Assembly (NCBI GenBank): GCA_965660445.1
Contig: CBFIAK010000001.1
Span: forward strand, 448,001 to 512,000
Source: Patescibacteria group bacterium
Lineage (GTDB): Bacteria; Patescibacteriota; Gracilibacteria; UBA4473
Direction: 5' to 3'
DNA: 64,000 nucleotides
The notes beneath the pieces were generated by a model that searched no databases, was not told where the DNA came from, and saw only the letters and a list, made by a program, of their open reading frames with translations. This document shows, in pieces, positions 10,181 to 19,182 of this stretch (position 1 is its first letter; the number at the start of each line of letters is the position of its first letter). Position numbers and translations under genes: made by a program.

Positions 10181-10918
10181 TTAAGAATCAAGAAGTGTTC
10201 CATCAGTATTAAACCGAGGGAGTGTATTGTTTGGGTGTGTGTTGTTATAGAGAATAGATGCGTCTTCTTTGAGGTATATGCGGCGAACTCCAAGAGAGAG
10301 TAAAGCACTTAAACATGATTGACAGATCCACCAGTGCCCATCAAGAAGAAGGTTGAATCCTTCTTCTTCTGGGTCAAGAACAGACTGCACGTGTTGAAGT
10401 ATTTGGTTTCTTTTTTTATAGAGTTCTGGTAGTTCTTCGTTTGATTGTGTGATATGTTTGTTAATGGTTTCGATAACCTCAAGAAATAATGGGGCACTGG
10501 ATGGGGCGTGTTTTTCAAGGGTGTCGTATATTGCCATTATTTCGGCATGTTCTATCTGGTTGCATCCGTTTTTATCACGGCAGTAATGGTAGCCTTCACC
10601 AGTGCGACAATTGTTTTTGACACGTGGGCAGTGATCGAGTTTTTTTCCGGCATTCGATCCAACGCCTAAAATAATATCGTTTTTGAGAAGTAGACTTCTT
10701 GTTTCTTGTTTGAGGCATCCAACATTGCGAGTGAGTGAATGAAGTATTTCAAATGCGCTATGGTCTTTTGGGAGATAAAAGAGATTTATTTCTTCGTCTA
10801 AGAACGGTTCTTGGGTGTGTCCTTCTCGGTCGAGAAAATTTTCATAGGGCATATCAAGAATCTCTTCTCGTTCGGCGGGTCGAGACTCAAAGGTCCATTG
10901 TAAATCAAGTGTCTTCAT
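10181..10918 (-). CDS. Cytidine/dCMP deaminase-like zinc protein
   Basis: HAE motif and WWICQSC (CxxC); LGVRRIYL terminal strand. Confidence 0.75.
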   Translation of the reverse strand: MKTLDLQWTFESRPAEREEILDMPYENFLDREGHTQEPFLDEEINLFYLPKDHSAFEILHSLTRNVGCLKQETRSLLLKNDIILGVGSNAGKKLDHCPRVKNNCRTGEGYHYCRDKNGCNQIEHAEIMAIYDTLEKHAPSSAPLFLEVIETINKHITQSNEELPELYKKRNQILQHVQSVLDPEEEGFNLLLDGHWWICQSCLSALLSLGVRRIYLKEDASILYNNTHPNNTLPRFNTDGTLLDS

Positions 10919-10964
10919 CTATTTGTGTATCGCAAAAGTTTCAAGAAATGTCAATAGAAAAAAG

Positions 10965-10996
10965 AAAGACGATTCGGTAAAGAGAATCGTCTTTTA
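10965..10996 (-). terminator. Intrinsic terminator-like hairpin
   Basis: AAAGACGATTC-ggtaaaga-GAATCGTCTTT with flanking A/T tracts. Confidence 0.65.
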
Positions 10997-11027
10997 TTGA
11001 AAAGAAAAAGGTTTCATAAGAAAAATA

Positions 11028-11111
11028 TTATCGTAGAGACTGAAAATTTCTTCTTATAGATTGTTCGAGTGGGATACCCCAACGAAACATGATTATGAGT
11101 AATAAATACAT
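11028..11111 (-). CDS. Putative 27-aa small protein MYLLLIIMFRWGIPLEQSIRRNFQSLR
   Basis: AAAGGAG Shine-Dalgarno 8 nt upstream and a terminator hairpin downstream. Confidence 0.35.
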   Translation of the reverse strand: MYLLLIIMFRWGIPLEQSIRRNFQSLR

Positions 11112-11224
11112 AAGAGATACTCCTTTAAAAATTGTGCAATAAACGAGAATTATAAGTTGATTGTAGAGAAAAAACTTGATATTTCAATATATATAATATA
11201 ATAAAAGTGTATTTGTTTCAAAAA

Positions 11225-13630
11225 ATGAAGTTCAAAAATGCGTTTGCGGTTGGTTTGTTAAGTTTTGGAAGCTTGAGTGGTTCAGAGAAATCTCTCAACC
11301 AAGACCAGTCTTCTGCAGTGGTTAAAAACCGTATACAGATCACAAAAAACAATGTAGATAATACATTGAAAGAAAAAACACTTGAAGATTTTATTGAGCA
11401 ATTAGAAGATCAAAAAAATAATGAATCGTATTTGCAGTCATTGTTTCAAAAATTTGAAGAAAATGATAAAATACAAAAACAAAAAGAGTTTTATGTTTTG
11501 TTTTATATGGCTCGACTATCTCGTGGAAAAAATGATTTTTCAGGGTCTCGTACATATCTAAAACGAGCTCTTTCTATTGTTGATGAATATCATTTAGATC
11601 CTGAATATAAGGTGAAGGCTTTGGTGTCGCTTGGAATGACTGAATATCATGATCAAAAATATCAGACGGCGTATGATATATATCAATCTGTGCTTGATAC
11701 ATATGAAGAGACCTCTATTGCGAATAAAAAACACAAAGCAGATGCGTTAAATAATATTGGAGGTTTATTTTTGGATATTCAAGCTATTATTGATCGAGAT
11801 GATGCGATTACTTCATTTCAAGAAGCTATTGCTATTGGAGAAAAAGCACAACAAGAAAATCCTGATGATACAGGAATAGTAGAGTCGTTATTACTTTTCA
11901 AGACAAATCTCGGGAGAGTGTATCTTGATTATTACTCAGAGGAAGAAAAAGATAAATCATTACAAAAGGCGTCTGATATATTTTCTTCAATACTCGCATT
12001 ATCGAAGAATTATGCAGGGAATGAGTTTCGTCGAATAGAAGGAGATGTGTATAACAATTTGGGAGTAGTTTCGTTTCGACAAGGAAAATTCAAGGAATCG
12101 GAGTTGTCTTTGCAAGAATCTTTTCGGTTATGGGATTTATTAGGAAACCAAGAGGGAAAAGCTTTAGTGTATGTAAACCAATCTGAGTTATACGCCACTA
12201 TGGCACAACAAAGTGATCGTTTGCACGGAGAAGGAAATAAAGAATCGGATAGTTTGTACCAAAAATCTCGAGAACAATTAGAATTAGTTGTCTCTTTAGA
12301 GGAAGTGCCTTCTTATATTCTCTCGTATGCGTTGCAATCATTAGAACGAAAGTATTTTGCAATGGGTGAGTTCTCAAAAGCGTATGAGTATGTGAAAAAA
12401 CGAGAGTCGATAGAAAACACTATTGGTCGTGATGAAATCCAAAAAATGTATATTCAACAAAAAGAAAAAGAGCGTCGATTAACACTTGAAAAAGATAAAG
12501 AAATTGCAGAACAAAGATCACAATATCTTTTGGCTTTAGGGGGGCTATTATTAGTGATTTTGATTGTTGGTGGATACTCGTATCGGAAAACAAAAAAACA
12601 GTCTCGTATTATTCAAGAGAAAGATAAAGACTTAGAACAGAAAAACGATTTACTGAATAATGCAAACATGAACCTAGAAGTATTAAATACGCAATTAAGT
12701 GCTGCAAATGCTGATTTAGAGGTCATGAATAAGGAGATCATCGAGAAGAACAAAACTTTAGAGGACTATATGGAAGATTTAGAATCGTTCTTTAAGATTG
12801 TAGGACATGATTTGCGAAACCAAATAACGGGAATGTCGATGAGTTTTGAAGTAATGAAGGCTTTTGTTGATCAAATACTCCACTTAAGAACAAAGAACGA
12901 TCTTGATGTAATTGCCTCTCAATTAAAAGATGTTCGACAGCGGTATAGAGAAGGAAAAGAATTAACATTCGCAGATAAGGAAGTTCTTTTTTCTAGTATT
13001 CAACTATTGTCTACTTGTTTAGAAGATATTATGGGAAAATCTCAGAAAATCTCTTCTTCAAACGAAAAAAAAATACAACAAGTAAATCATACGATTCAAT
13101 ACCTCTTAGAGCTTCAAAAACGATCACAAGATAAAGATAGAAAATTGTATTTTGAAAAAATGAACCTGAGTGAGTTTTTAGGAAGATCTGTAAATAGAAT
13201 GTATTGGAATGATACTGCCGCATCAAAAGATATTACACTTTTGGTAACCAAAGAAGCAGGTGCCGATGATGCATTGTCTATGGATGCACATATACTCAAA
13301 ACAATAGTTGATAATCTTATTGGAAATGCAGTAAAGTTTACGCATAAGGGAGGACATATTGATATTTTTGTGGAGGATAGGAGTGATTTTGTTCAGTTAA
13401 GAATAAAAGATAATGGGGTTGGAATGACTGAAGACCAGAAACAAAAAGTCTTTAGTATAAAAGAACGCACCAGTACTCTTGGGACACAAGGAGAAGTTGG
13501 AACGGGGTTTGGATTGCCTCAGGTATACCAGTATATACAGAAACTTGGAGGGACGATTCATATTAAAAGTGAGGGGAAAGATACAGGGACTGAATTTGTG
13601 ATTAATTTCCCAAAAGAGAGGAGGGTTTAG
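11225..13630 (+). CDS. TPR-repeat membrane sensor histidine kinase
   Basis: TPR units (ALNNIG, VYNNLG), one TM helix, coiled coil, H-box GHDLRN, N-box NLIGNAVKF, G-boxes DNGVG and GTGFGL. Confidence 0.92.
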   Translation: MKFKNAFAVGLLSFGSLSGSEKSLNQDQSSAVVKNRIQITKNNVDNTLKEKTLEDFIEQLEDQKNNESYLQSLFQKFEENDKIQKQKEFYVLFYMARLSRGKNDFSGSRTYLKRALSIVDEYHLDPEYKVKALVSLGMTEYHDQKYQTAYDIYQSVLDTYEETSIANKKHKADALNNIGGLFLDIQAIIDRDDAITSFQEAIAIGEKAQQENPDDTGIVESLLLFKTNLGRVYLDYYSEEEKDKSLQKASDIFSSILALSKNYAGNEFRRIEGDVYNNLGVVSFRQGKFKESELSLQESFRLWDLLGNQEGKALVYVNQSELYATMAQQSDRLHGEGNKESDSLYQKSREQLELVVSLEEVPSYILSYALQSLERKYFAMGEFSKAYEYVKKRESIENTIGRDEIQKMYIQQKEKERRLTLEKDKEIAEQRSQYLLALGGLLLVILIVGGYSYRKTKKQSRIIQEKDKDLEQKNDLLNNANMNLEVLNTQLSAANADLEVMNKEIIEKNKTLEDYMEDLESFFKIVGHDLRNQITGMSMSFEVMKAFVDQILHLRTKNDLDVIASQLKDVRQRYREGKELTFADKEVLFSSIQLLSTCLEDIMGKSQKISSSNEKKIQQVNHTIQYLLELQKRSQDKDRKLYFEKMNLSEFLGRSVNRMYWNDTAASKDITLLVTKEAGADDALSMDAHILKTIVDNLIGNAVKFTHKGGHIDIFVEDRSDFVQLRIKDNGVGMTEDQKQKVFSIKERTSTLGTQGEVGTGFGLPQVYQYIQKLGGTIHIKSEGKDTGTEFVINFPKERRV

Positions 13631-13702
13631 AAATTGTATTGATTTAATATGCGTCTTGGCGGTACAATAAAGACATATTCTATTTTTTAACTTTTTTTTC
13701 TC

Positions 13703-14125
13703 ATGATAAAATCCATGAACAATTTGTTGTTGTGGTGTGTGAGTATTTTGGCGTTGCTCATTGGTGGTATCGCTTTGTACACAACACAAAATATGGCGGG
13801 GAGTATGCAGGCGAGTTTATTAGATGTACCGAGTCAGGGTATGTCCACGATGATGATCAGTAAAGGTGGTCAAAGTGGAGGTGGGGGAGGAGGTCCTTAT
13901 GGAGGATCAATGATGCGTGGAAGTGGTGGAACGTTCGATTATGTAGATATTAACGACGGAAGCCCTGTTTTTAGTGGAAAAATCTTTTCTGCAGATCCTG
14001 TAACAGGAGATTACAATGCTATTTTGCATCATGTAAGTCATGATCCTTTGATTTTGGATTTACCCGTTATTGTAAAAGATAATAGTGGTAATTTATGGGC
14101 ACCAATGCAAACACCAACACAATAG
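13703..14125 (+). CDS. Hypothetical membrane-anchored protein with a Gly-rich linker
   Basis: N-terminal TM segment; followed by a terminator. Confidence 0.6.
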   Translation: MIKSMNNLLLWCVSILALLIGGIALYTTQNMAGSMQASLLDVPSQGMSTMMISKGGQSGGGGGGPYGGSMMRGSGGTFDYVDINDGSPVFSGKIFSADPVTGDYNAILHHVSHDPLILDLPVIVKDNSGNLWAPMQTPTQ

Positions 14126-14144
14126 TTTTGGATTTGTTTTGTTT

Positions 14145-14181
14145 AAAAACCACTTTTTCGAGAGAGAAAGTGGTTTTTTTT
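14145..14181 (+). terminator. Intrinsic terminator
   Basis: AAAAACCACTTT...AAAGTGGTTTTTTTT. Confidence 0.75.
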
Positions 14182-14229
14182 GACAATCAAGAAGTTTGTT
14201 CCGATACTACAAGAGGTTAAAAAAACGAT

Positions 14230-14763
14230 ATGAAAGATATATGGCAGAATTTTGTTGTGCGAGGTCAATTAGTGCCGAGTTCTCGGTATTTAGTTCAGAA
14301 AATGATTCGCAATATTGATTTTTCAAGAGACATGACGGTGCTTCAGCTTGGGTTTGGAAACGGGGTCTTTACGAAAGCCCTACTCGAACGAATGACTGAA
14401 AAAAGTCGTCTTATTGTTTTTGAGATTCGACCAGAATGCCAAGAACACTCTCAAGATATAAACGATAAGAGACTCCGTTATATTTGTGATTCAGCAGAAT
14501 ATATACATAAATATTTTTTGAATAAAAATTTTGATCATATTATCTCAACACTTCCGTTGGCAAATATGAAAGAATCGGTTCGGTTATGTATTTGTCAGGA
14601 AATCAGAAACCATTTAAAAGAAGGGGGGGTGTTTTTGCAGTACCAGTATTCATTGCATTCTCGGTCTGATATTTGCAGAGTGTTCAAACGATCACCACGT
14701 ATTGGGTTTGAGGTACGTAATTTTCCACCAGCGTTTATTTATGAGATCAGCAATGATGTATAA
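14230..14763 (+). CDS. Phospholipid/ornithine-lipid N-methyltransferase-like protein (PmtA/OlsG-type class I SAM MTase)
   Basis: PSSRYL, VLQLGFGNGVFT, IISTLPL, GGVFLQYQY, RNFPPAFIY. Confidence 0.8.
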   Translation: MKDIWQNFVVRGQLVPSSRYLVQKMIRNIDFSRDMTVLQLGFGNGVFTKALLERMTEKSRLIVFEIRPECQEHSQDINDKRLRYICDSAEYIHKYFLNKNFDHIISTLPLANMKESVRLCICQEIRNHLKEGGVFLQYQYSLHSRSDICRVFKRSPRIGFEVRNFPPAFIYEISNDV

Positions 14764-15298
14764 GAAAATATTGTTCTTTATTTGGTTATTAGGTTTATTG
14801 TGTTTTGGGGTGTTTTATTGGTTTCATCAAGATTTATTTACTCCTGAGAGTATGCAACACCTTTTCTCTCAGAATTTGTATTGGGGGCTTGGTTTGTATT
14901 TTTTATTAGGGACGATACGTGGGTTTACATTGTTTCCATCAACGCCTATGGTGCTTGCGGGGGCGCTCGTTTTTCCACCACTACCGCTGTATATAGTGAA
15001 TTTATTCTGTGTGATAACATCATCTACGATCGTGTATTTTTGGGGGCAATTTCTCGGTTTCGATACGTATTTTGAACGCAAGTATCCTCATCAAGTACAT
15101 GCTTTGCAAAAAGCACTTGAGAAACGAGAGCTTCCTATTTTGGTGGGGTGGAGTTTTTTTCCGCTTGTGCCAACGGATATGATTTGCTATGCAGGAGAAA
15201 TTATGCGTATAAAACTTTGGAAATGTCTTGTTGGTGTTTTGATTGGTGAAGGTATTATCTGTGCTCTTTATATCTGGGGGGTTGATGCGGTATGGTAG
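14753..15298 (+). CDS. VTT-domain (TVP38/TMEM64, DedA superfamily) membrane protein
   Basis: LFPSTPMVLAGALVF and FFPLVPTDMICYAG; multiple TM segments. Confidence 0.8.
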   Translation: MMYKKILFFIWLLGLLCFGVFYWFHQDLFTPESMQHLFSQNLYWGLGLYFLLGTIRGFTLFPSTPMVLAGALVFPPLPLYIVNLFCVITSSTIVYFWGQFLGFDTYFERKYPHQVHALQKALEKRELPILVGWSFFPLVPTDMICYAGEIMRIKLWKCLVGVLIGEGIICALYIWGVDAVW

Positions 15299-15352
15299 GG
15301 AGGATGTAGTGCGGTACTTGACTTTTTTGTTTATTTATTTTAAAATATAAAT

Positions 15353-15847
15353 ATGTTTACAAAAGAGAATTTTAAATGCATTTCTGGAATTAAGGATATT
15401 CGTAATCTTCCTTGGCATGATTTTGAGTGGTTTTGTAAGTTTTTTCTTGAATATTTAGGGTTTGAGCGTATTCGTGTGACGAAGCCTAAATATGACGGCG
15501 GAGTTGATTTAATAGTATGGAAAAATAATCAAAAATATTTAGTTCAAGCAAAAAATTGGAGAGAGGATTGGTTTCCTGTCAGTGTAGTAAGAGAGCTAGG
15601 TGGAGTTATGAAAAGATGGGAAATGACACGAAAAGAGTCTGTAAAAGGTATAATAATTACTACTGCTCCAAGTTTTCAGACTGCAGAAAAAGAAGCAAAG
15701 GATTTAGGAATTATTATTTTAAATAAGGAAAAAATAGATCGATATATGTCCAATATATTTCAAAAAGAAAACATTGTATATTTCAAGAAGAAATCAATAC
15801 GCAGCAGTGGTGTTTTTCAAAAAAAGACAATTTCGAAAGCGTTTTAA
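15353..15847 (+). CDS. Mrr-type restriction endonuclease domain protein
   Basis: DFEWFC...GF...DGGVDL...VQAK...GIIITT (PD-(D/E)xK Mrr catalytic pattern). Confidence 0.85.
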   Translation: MFTKENFKCISGIKDIRNLPWHDFEWFCKFFLEYLGFERIRVTKPKYDGGVDLIVWKNNQKYLVQAKNWREDWFPVSVVRELGGVMKRWEMTRKESVKGIIITTAPSFQTAEKEAKDLGIIILNKEKIDRYMSNIFQKENIVYFKKKSIRSSGVFQKKTISKAF

Positions 15848-15878
15848 CATTCTTGTTCTGCTCTAAGGTGAGGCAAGA

Positions 15879-16835
15879 TTATTGTCTCATTACAGAAAAT
15901 ACTATATAGCCTATATAGATCAGAATAAATACAATTCCTTGCCATCGTTCGACGGTGTGTTTTTTTCCTATAAACATGATACAAAAAAGGATAAAACTCG
16001 CACTAATGGTCATGAGTATATCAGAGCTTGAGGTTTGATTAAATGGAAGCGGGTTGATTATCGAGCTGATTCCGAGTATCCAGAAGATATTAAAAATGTT
16101 TGATCCAATAACATTTCCAATCGCAATATCGGTTTGTTTTTTGGATGCCGCAATAGCAGAGGTTGCGAGTTCAGGTAATGAAGTTCCTATTGCAACAATT
16201 GTAAGACCAATTAAAGACTGGCTCAAATGAAAAGATTCAGCGATGTGTACAGCTCCATCTACAATCCATTTTCCTCCTACTGATAATCCCACTAACCCGA
16301 GAACAATGTACAAAAATGATTGTGGATAACTAAAAAGTTTTATATCTGTGTCGGTAATATCCCCTGTAGCTTGAGAGATACCAAATGTGTAGTACAGAAA
16401 AATAATAAAAAATGATATGAGGATCATACCGTCGGTTCTGGTTAATCCCGAAAAGTTGCTTCCGTCTATAAGTGTGTCATGCGCCATAATTCCTAATATT
16501 AAAGCAGCTAATAAACTCAAAGGGATTTCTTTCCAAACAGTATTTTTTTTCGTTACAAGTGGGCAAATAATAGATGAAACTCCAAGGATAAGGAATATAT
16601 TCGCAATATTACTTCCGAGTATGTTTCCAATCGCAATATCGGTGTTTCCACTGAGACTCGAAAATATATTCACGATGAGTTCTGGTGCAGAGGTACCAAA
16701 AGAAACAATGGTGAGTCCAATAACAATGGCTGAAATATTAAGTTTTTTGGCAATTGATGCTGACCCATCAACCAGTAAATCAGCTCCTTTAATTAAAAGG
16801 ATAAACCCAAGTATGAATAAAATGTACGTAAGCAT
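15879..16835 (-). CDS. Calcium/sodium antiporter (CaCA, YrbG-like)
   Basis: Two alpha-repeats GTSAPE and GTSLPE, each followed by GNxxGSNI. Confidence 0.93.
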   Translation of the reverse strand: MLTYILFILGFILLIKGADLLVDGSASIAKKLNISAIVIGLTIVSFGTSAPELIVNIFSSLSGNTDIAIGNILGSNIANIFLILGVSSIICPLVTKKNTVWKEIPLSLLAALILGIMAHDTLIDGSNFSGLTRTDGMILISFFIIFLYYTFGISQATGDITDTDIKLFSYPQSFLYIVLGLVGLSVGGKWIVDGAVHIAESFHLSQSLIGLTIVAIGTSLPELATSAIAASKKQTDIAIGNVIGSNIFNIFWILGISSIINPLPFNQTSSSDILMTISASFILFCIMFIGKKHTVERWQGIVFILIYIGYIVFSVMRQ

Positions 16836-16911
16836 GGTTTTTTAGTTTATATCGAAAAAAAGTGTAGGATATTTGAGATAAAAAGGGAAGAAGGGGAGAG
16901 GGCTTATTCTT

Positions 16912-17301
16912 TTAATTATTTTTTCGGTAGGTTTTCTTCACTTTCTCATAGGCTTCGTGTCCTCCATGCTTTATATCATTGGCGGGATACTTTTTTGAGT
17001 TATACTCGATTTTTGATTGAGTCGCTTCAAGCAAATCAATATCGTTTTCTTGGCAAAACTCAAGTATATAGATGAAAATATCCGCTACTTCTGCAGAAAT
17101 TTCCGGTTTATCCTTCTTTTTAGTACTCCCATGTCTTTTGATATCAGTATCATCCCATTGATAATGCTCCAAGAGTTCAGCTGCCTCCAAGACGATTGAT
17201 TTTACTAAATCCACTGGAGCAAGACCCAGCCAACCACGTTCTTCTCTAAAAACATGCAGTTGTTGAACTATTTCTTCGAAAGTAACGTTTTTGTGAGTCA
17301 T
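16912..17301 (-). CDS. MazG-like nucleotide pyrophosphohydrolase (dCTP pyrophosphatase-like)
   Basis: FREERGW, EAAELLEHYQW, EVADIFIY, KIEYNSKKYP. Confidence 0.88.
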   Translation of the reverse strand: MTHKNVTFEEIVQQLHVFREERGWLGLAPVDLVKSIVLEAAELLEHYQWDDTDIKRHGSTKKKDKPEISAEVADIFIYILEFCQENDIDLLEATQSKIEYNSKKYPANDIKHGGHEAYEKVKKTYRKNN

Positions 17302-17563
17302 AGATAAATAAATTATATTTTGTTTCCAATAACTCCACGATACCCCCCAATAATAGAACTGTCAAAGAGGATGTGTCTTGTGTGGGACTATTACTCAGTT
17401 TTGATAAATAAGTATCGATGAGTGGAAGTAATCAAAAATTTTAGTAATCACTCTAAAAAATCCTACACACAGCAAACACCCGAGGGGGTCCCGATATATC
17501 GGGACACAGTATCTCTCCTTTTCATTGCCTCGTTTCACTCGTTATTCAAAGCACATTCAACTG

Positions 17564-17653
17564 TGGCGGAGAGAGAGGGATTCGAACCCTCGGTGCGGTT
17601 ACCCGCACAACACCTTAGCAGGGTGCCGCTTTCGACCACTCAGCCATCTCTCC
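17564..17653 (-). tRNA. tRNA-Ser(GCT)
   Basis: GGAGAGATGGCTGAGTGG...CT-GCT-AA...long variable arm...GGTTCGAATCCC...GCCA. Confidence 0.97.
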
Positions 17654-19096
17654 TTATGATATAATATTGGTCTTTGGGAAAAAACGATGTCGGAAAAACC
17701 AAAACAAAATTAAGTAACTCAAAGATCCAATTGCAGCAGCGAGTGTAAAGTTTTCTTGTAATGGGGTCAAATAAATTTGAATAAAAATAATCAAGTTTCC
17801 AAACGCAATAATACCCATGTTTTTCCAGCATTGTATACCGTCAAAATATTTGCCAATCGTCTTCGATAAACTGACAAAAACAACAATCTCACAAATAAGT
17901 GTGGAAATGGCCGCTGCTATAACACCGTAAGGAAGTAAAAAATAGAAATTTAAAACCGCATTTAATGCCAAAGCCCCCGCATTAATCCATAGTAAATAAA
18001 ATTGTCGATTTTTTGCCACTAACGCAAACGAAAATAATTGGTTTAAGTATGCGAAAAATATAGTGAAAATAAGCACCGTCAATAATGTGTCCGATCCAGT
18101 AATACCATCATGAGTTAAAAACTCAGGAGAACTGATTATCAATATAATCTCCGATGAAAACCGTGTTGCATATAAAATAATAGGAAACGCAAAAAATGAA
18201 AGTATCTCAATGCCCCATTGTACTGTTTGAGTAAATTTTGTGTTCGTGCTTTCTCCTTCTTCTGTAGAAAGTTTTGGTAAAATAGCTTGTCCGAAAAATA
18301 CACCGAGTATTAAAAAACTTTCTAAAATTCGTGTAGAAGCCCCATAAATCCCAACCGCACTTGAACCCAAAAGAAGCGAAATAATAAGAATGTCTATCCG
18401 TAAATAAAGTGTTTGTAATACCAATGCGAGTCCATAAGGAAGAGAAATGCGAAGCGTGTGTTTCCACCATTCAAAATCAAACCCAAGTCGTATACGTACC
18501 TCTTTCGATACAAAAAACAGAACTAAACTACAAAACACAAGGTTTGAAACAACCCCAGCCCATAAAAGGGCATAAAACTTATGAGGAAAAAGGTTTGTCT
18601 CTTGGGCAATGAAAAAAATAAGTCCCGCCAAAAGAAGTTTCCCTAACACCAAAGATCCAGAAAAATACTGAATCTTCATACGTGATTGAAGTACCGAACT
18701 GAGTGTTCCAGCAATAATAGTAAGCCCCATAGAAAGCCCCGTAATCCAGATTCCGTGTTTAACCAGCGGAGAATAAGTAGGCACCAATTGTGCAGAAATT
18801 CCAGCAATAAGAATCACTCCTAATATCAAAATGAGCCGCATTGAAAGAATATTGCTCAAGAAAAATTCAGTTTTCTCTTTTGCTCGAGACATCTCTCGTA
18901 CTGCAATATTAAATAACCCAGCATCCGCCATGATCCCAAAAAATGCCAAAAATTCATACGCTGTCACATAGTCACCGTAAAAATCACGACCAAAACTGGT
19001 AATGATTTTTACAATCACCAAACTCGAGAAAATTGATAAAAATTTCCCAATCGTTTGGGCAGTCATATTGAGTAAGACTTTTTGCTGAGTGGCCAT
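17654..19096 (-). CDS. Polysaccharide flippase (Wzx/RfbX, MOP superfamily)
   Basis: Many TM helices; YGDY...ADAGL...VRE and RIDILIISLLLGSSAVGIYG. Confidence 0.88.
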   Translation of the reverse strand: MATQQKVLLNMTAQTIGKFLSIFSSLVIVKIITSFGRDFYGDYVTAYEFLAFFGIMADAGLFNIAVREMSRAKEKTEFFLSNILSMRLILILGVILIAGISAQLVPTYSPLVKHGIWITGLSMGLTIIAGTLSSVLQSRMKIQYFSGSLVLGKLLLAGLIFFIAQETNLFPHKFYALLWAGVVSNLVFCSLVLFFVSKEVRIRLGFDFEWWKHTLRISLPYGLALVLQTLYLRIDILIISLLLGSSAVGIYGASTRILESFLILGVFFGQAILPKLSTEEGESTNTKFTQTVQWGIEILSFFAFPIILYATRFSSEIILIISSPEFLTHDGITGSDTLLTVLIFTIFFAYLNQLFSFALVAKNRQFYLLWINAGALALNAVLNFYFLLPYGVIAAAISTLICEIVVFVSLSKTIGKYFDGIQCWKNMGIIAFGNLIIFIQIYLTPLQENFTLAAAIGSLSYLILFWFFRHRFFPKTNIIS

Positions 19097-19182
19097 CGAG
19101 TCGTATTATTCCAAAAATGATGAAATACGCAATAAAAAAACAGTCTTGTTTTTTGTATGAGCCTTCCATACAATAGAAATGT

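Noticed and set aside
17422-17664. 80-aa ORF in the track
   Set aside because: Antisense translation of tRNA-Ser; likewise 21198-21428 and the first 35 aa of 40896-41348 come from tRNA or repeat sequence.
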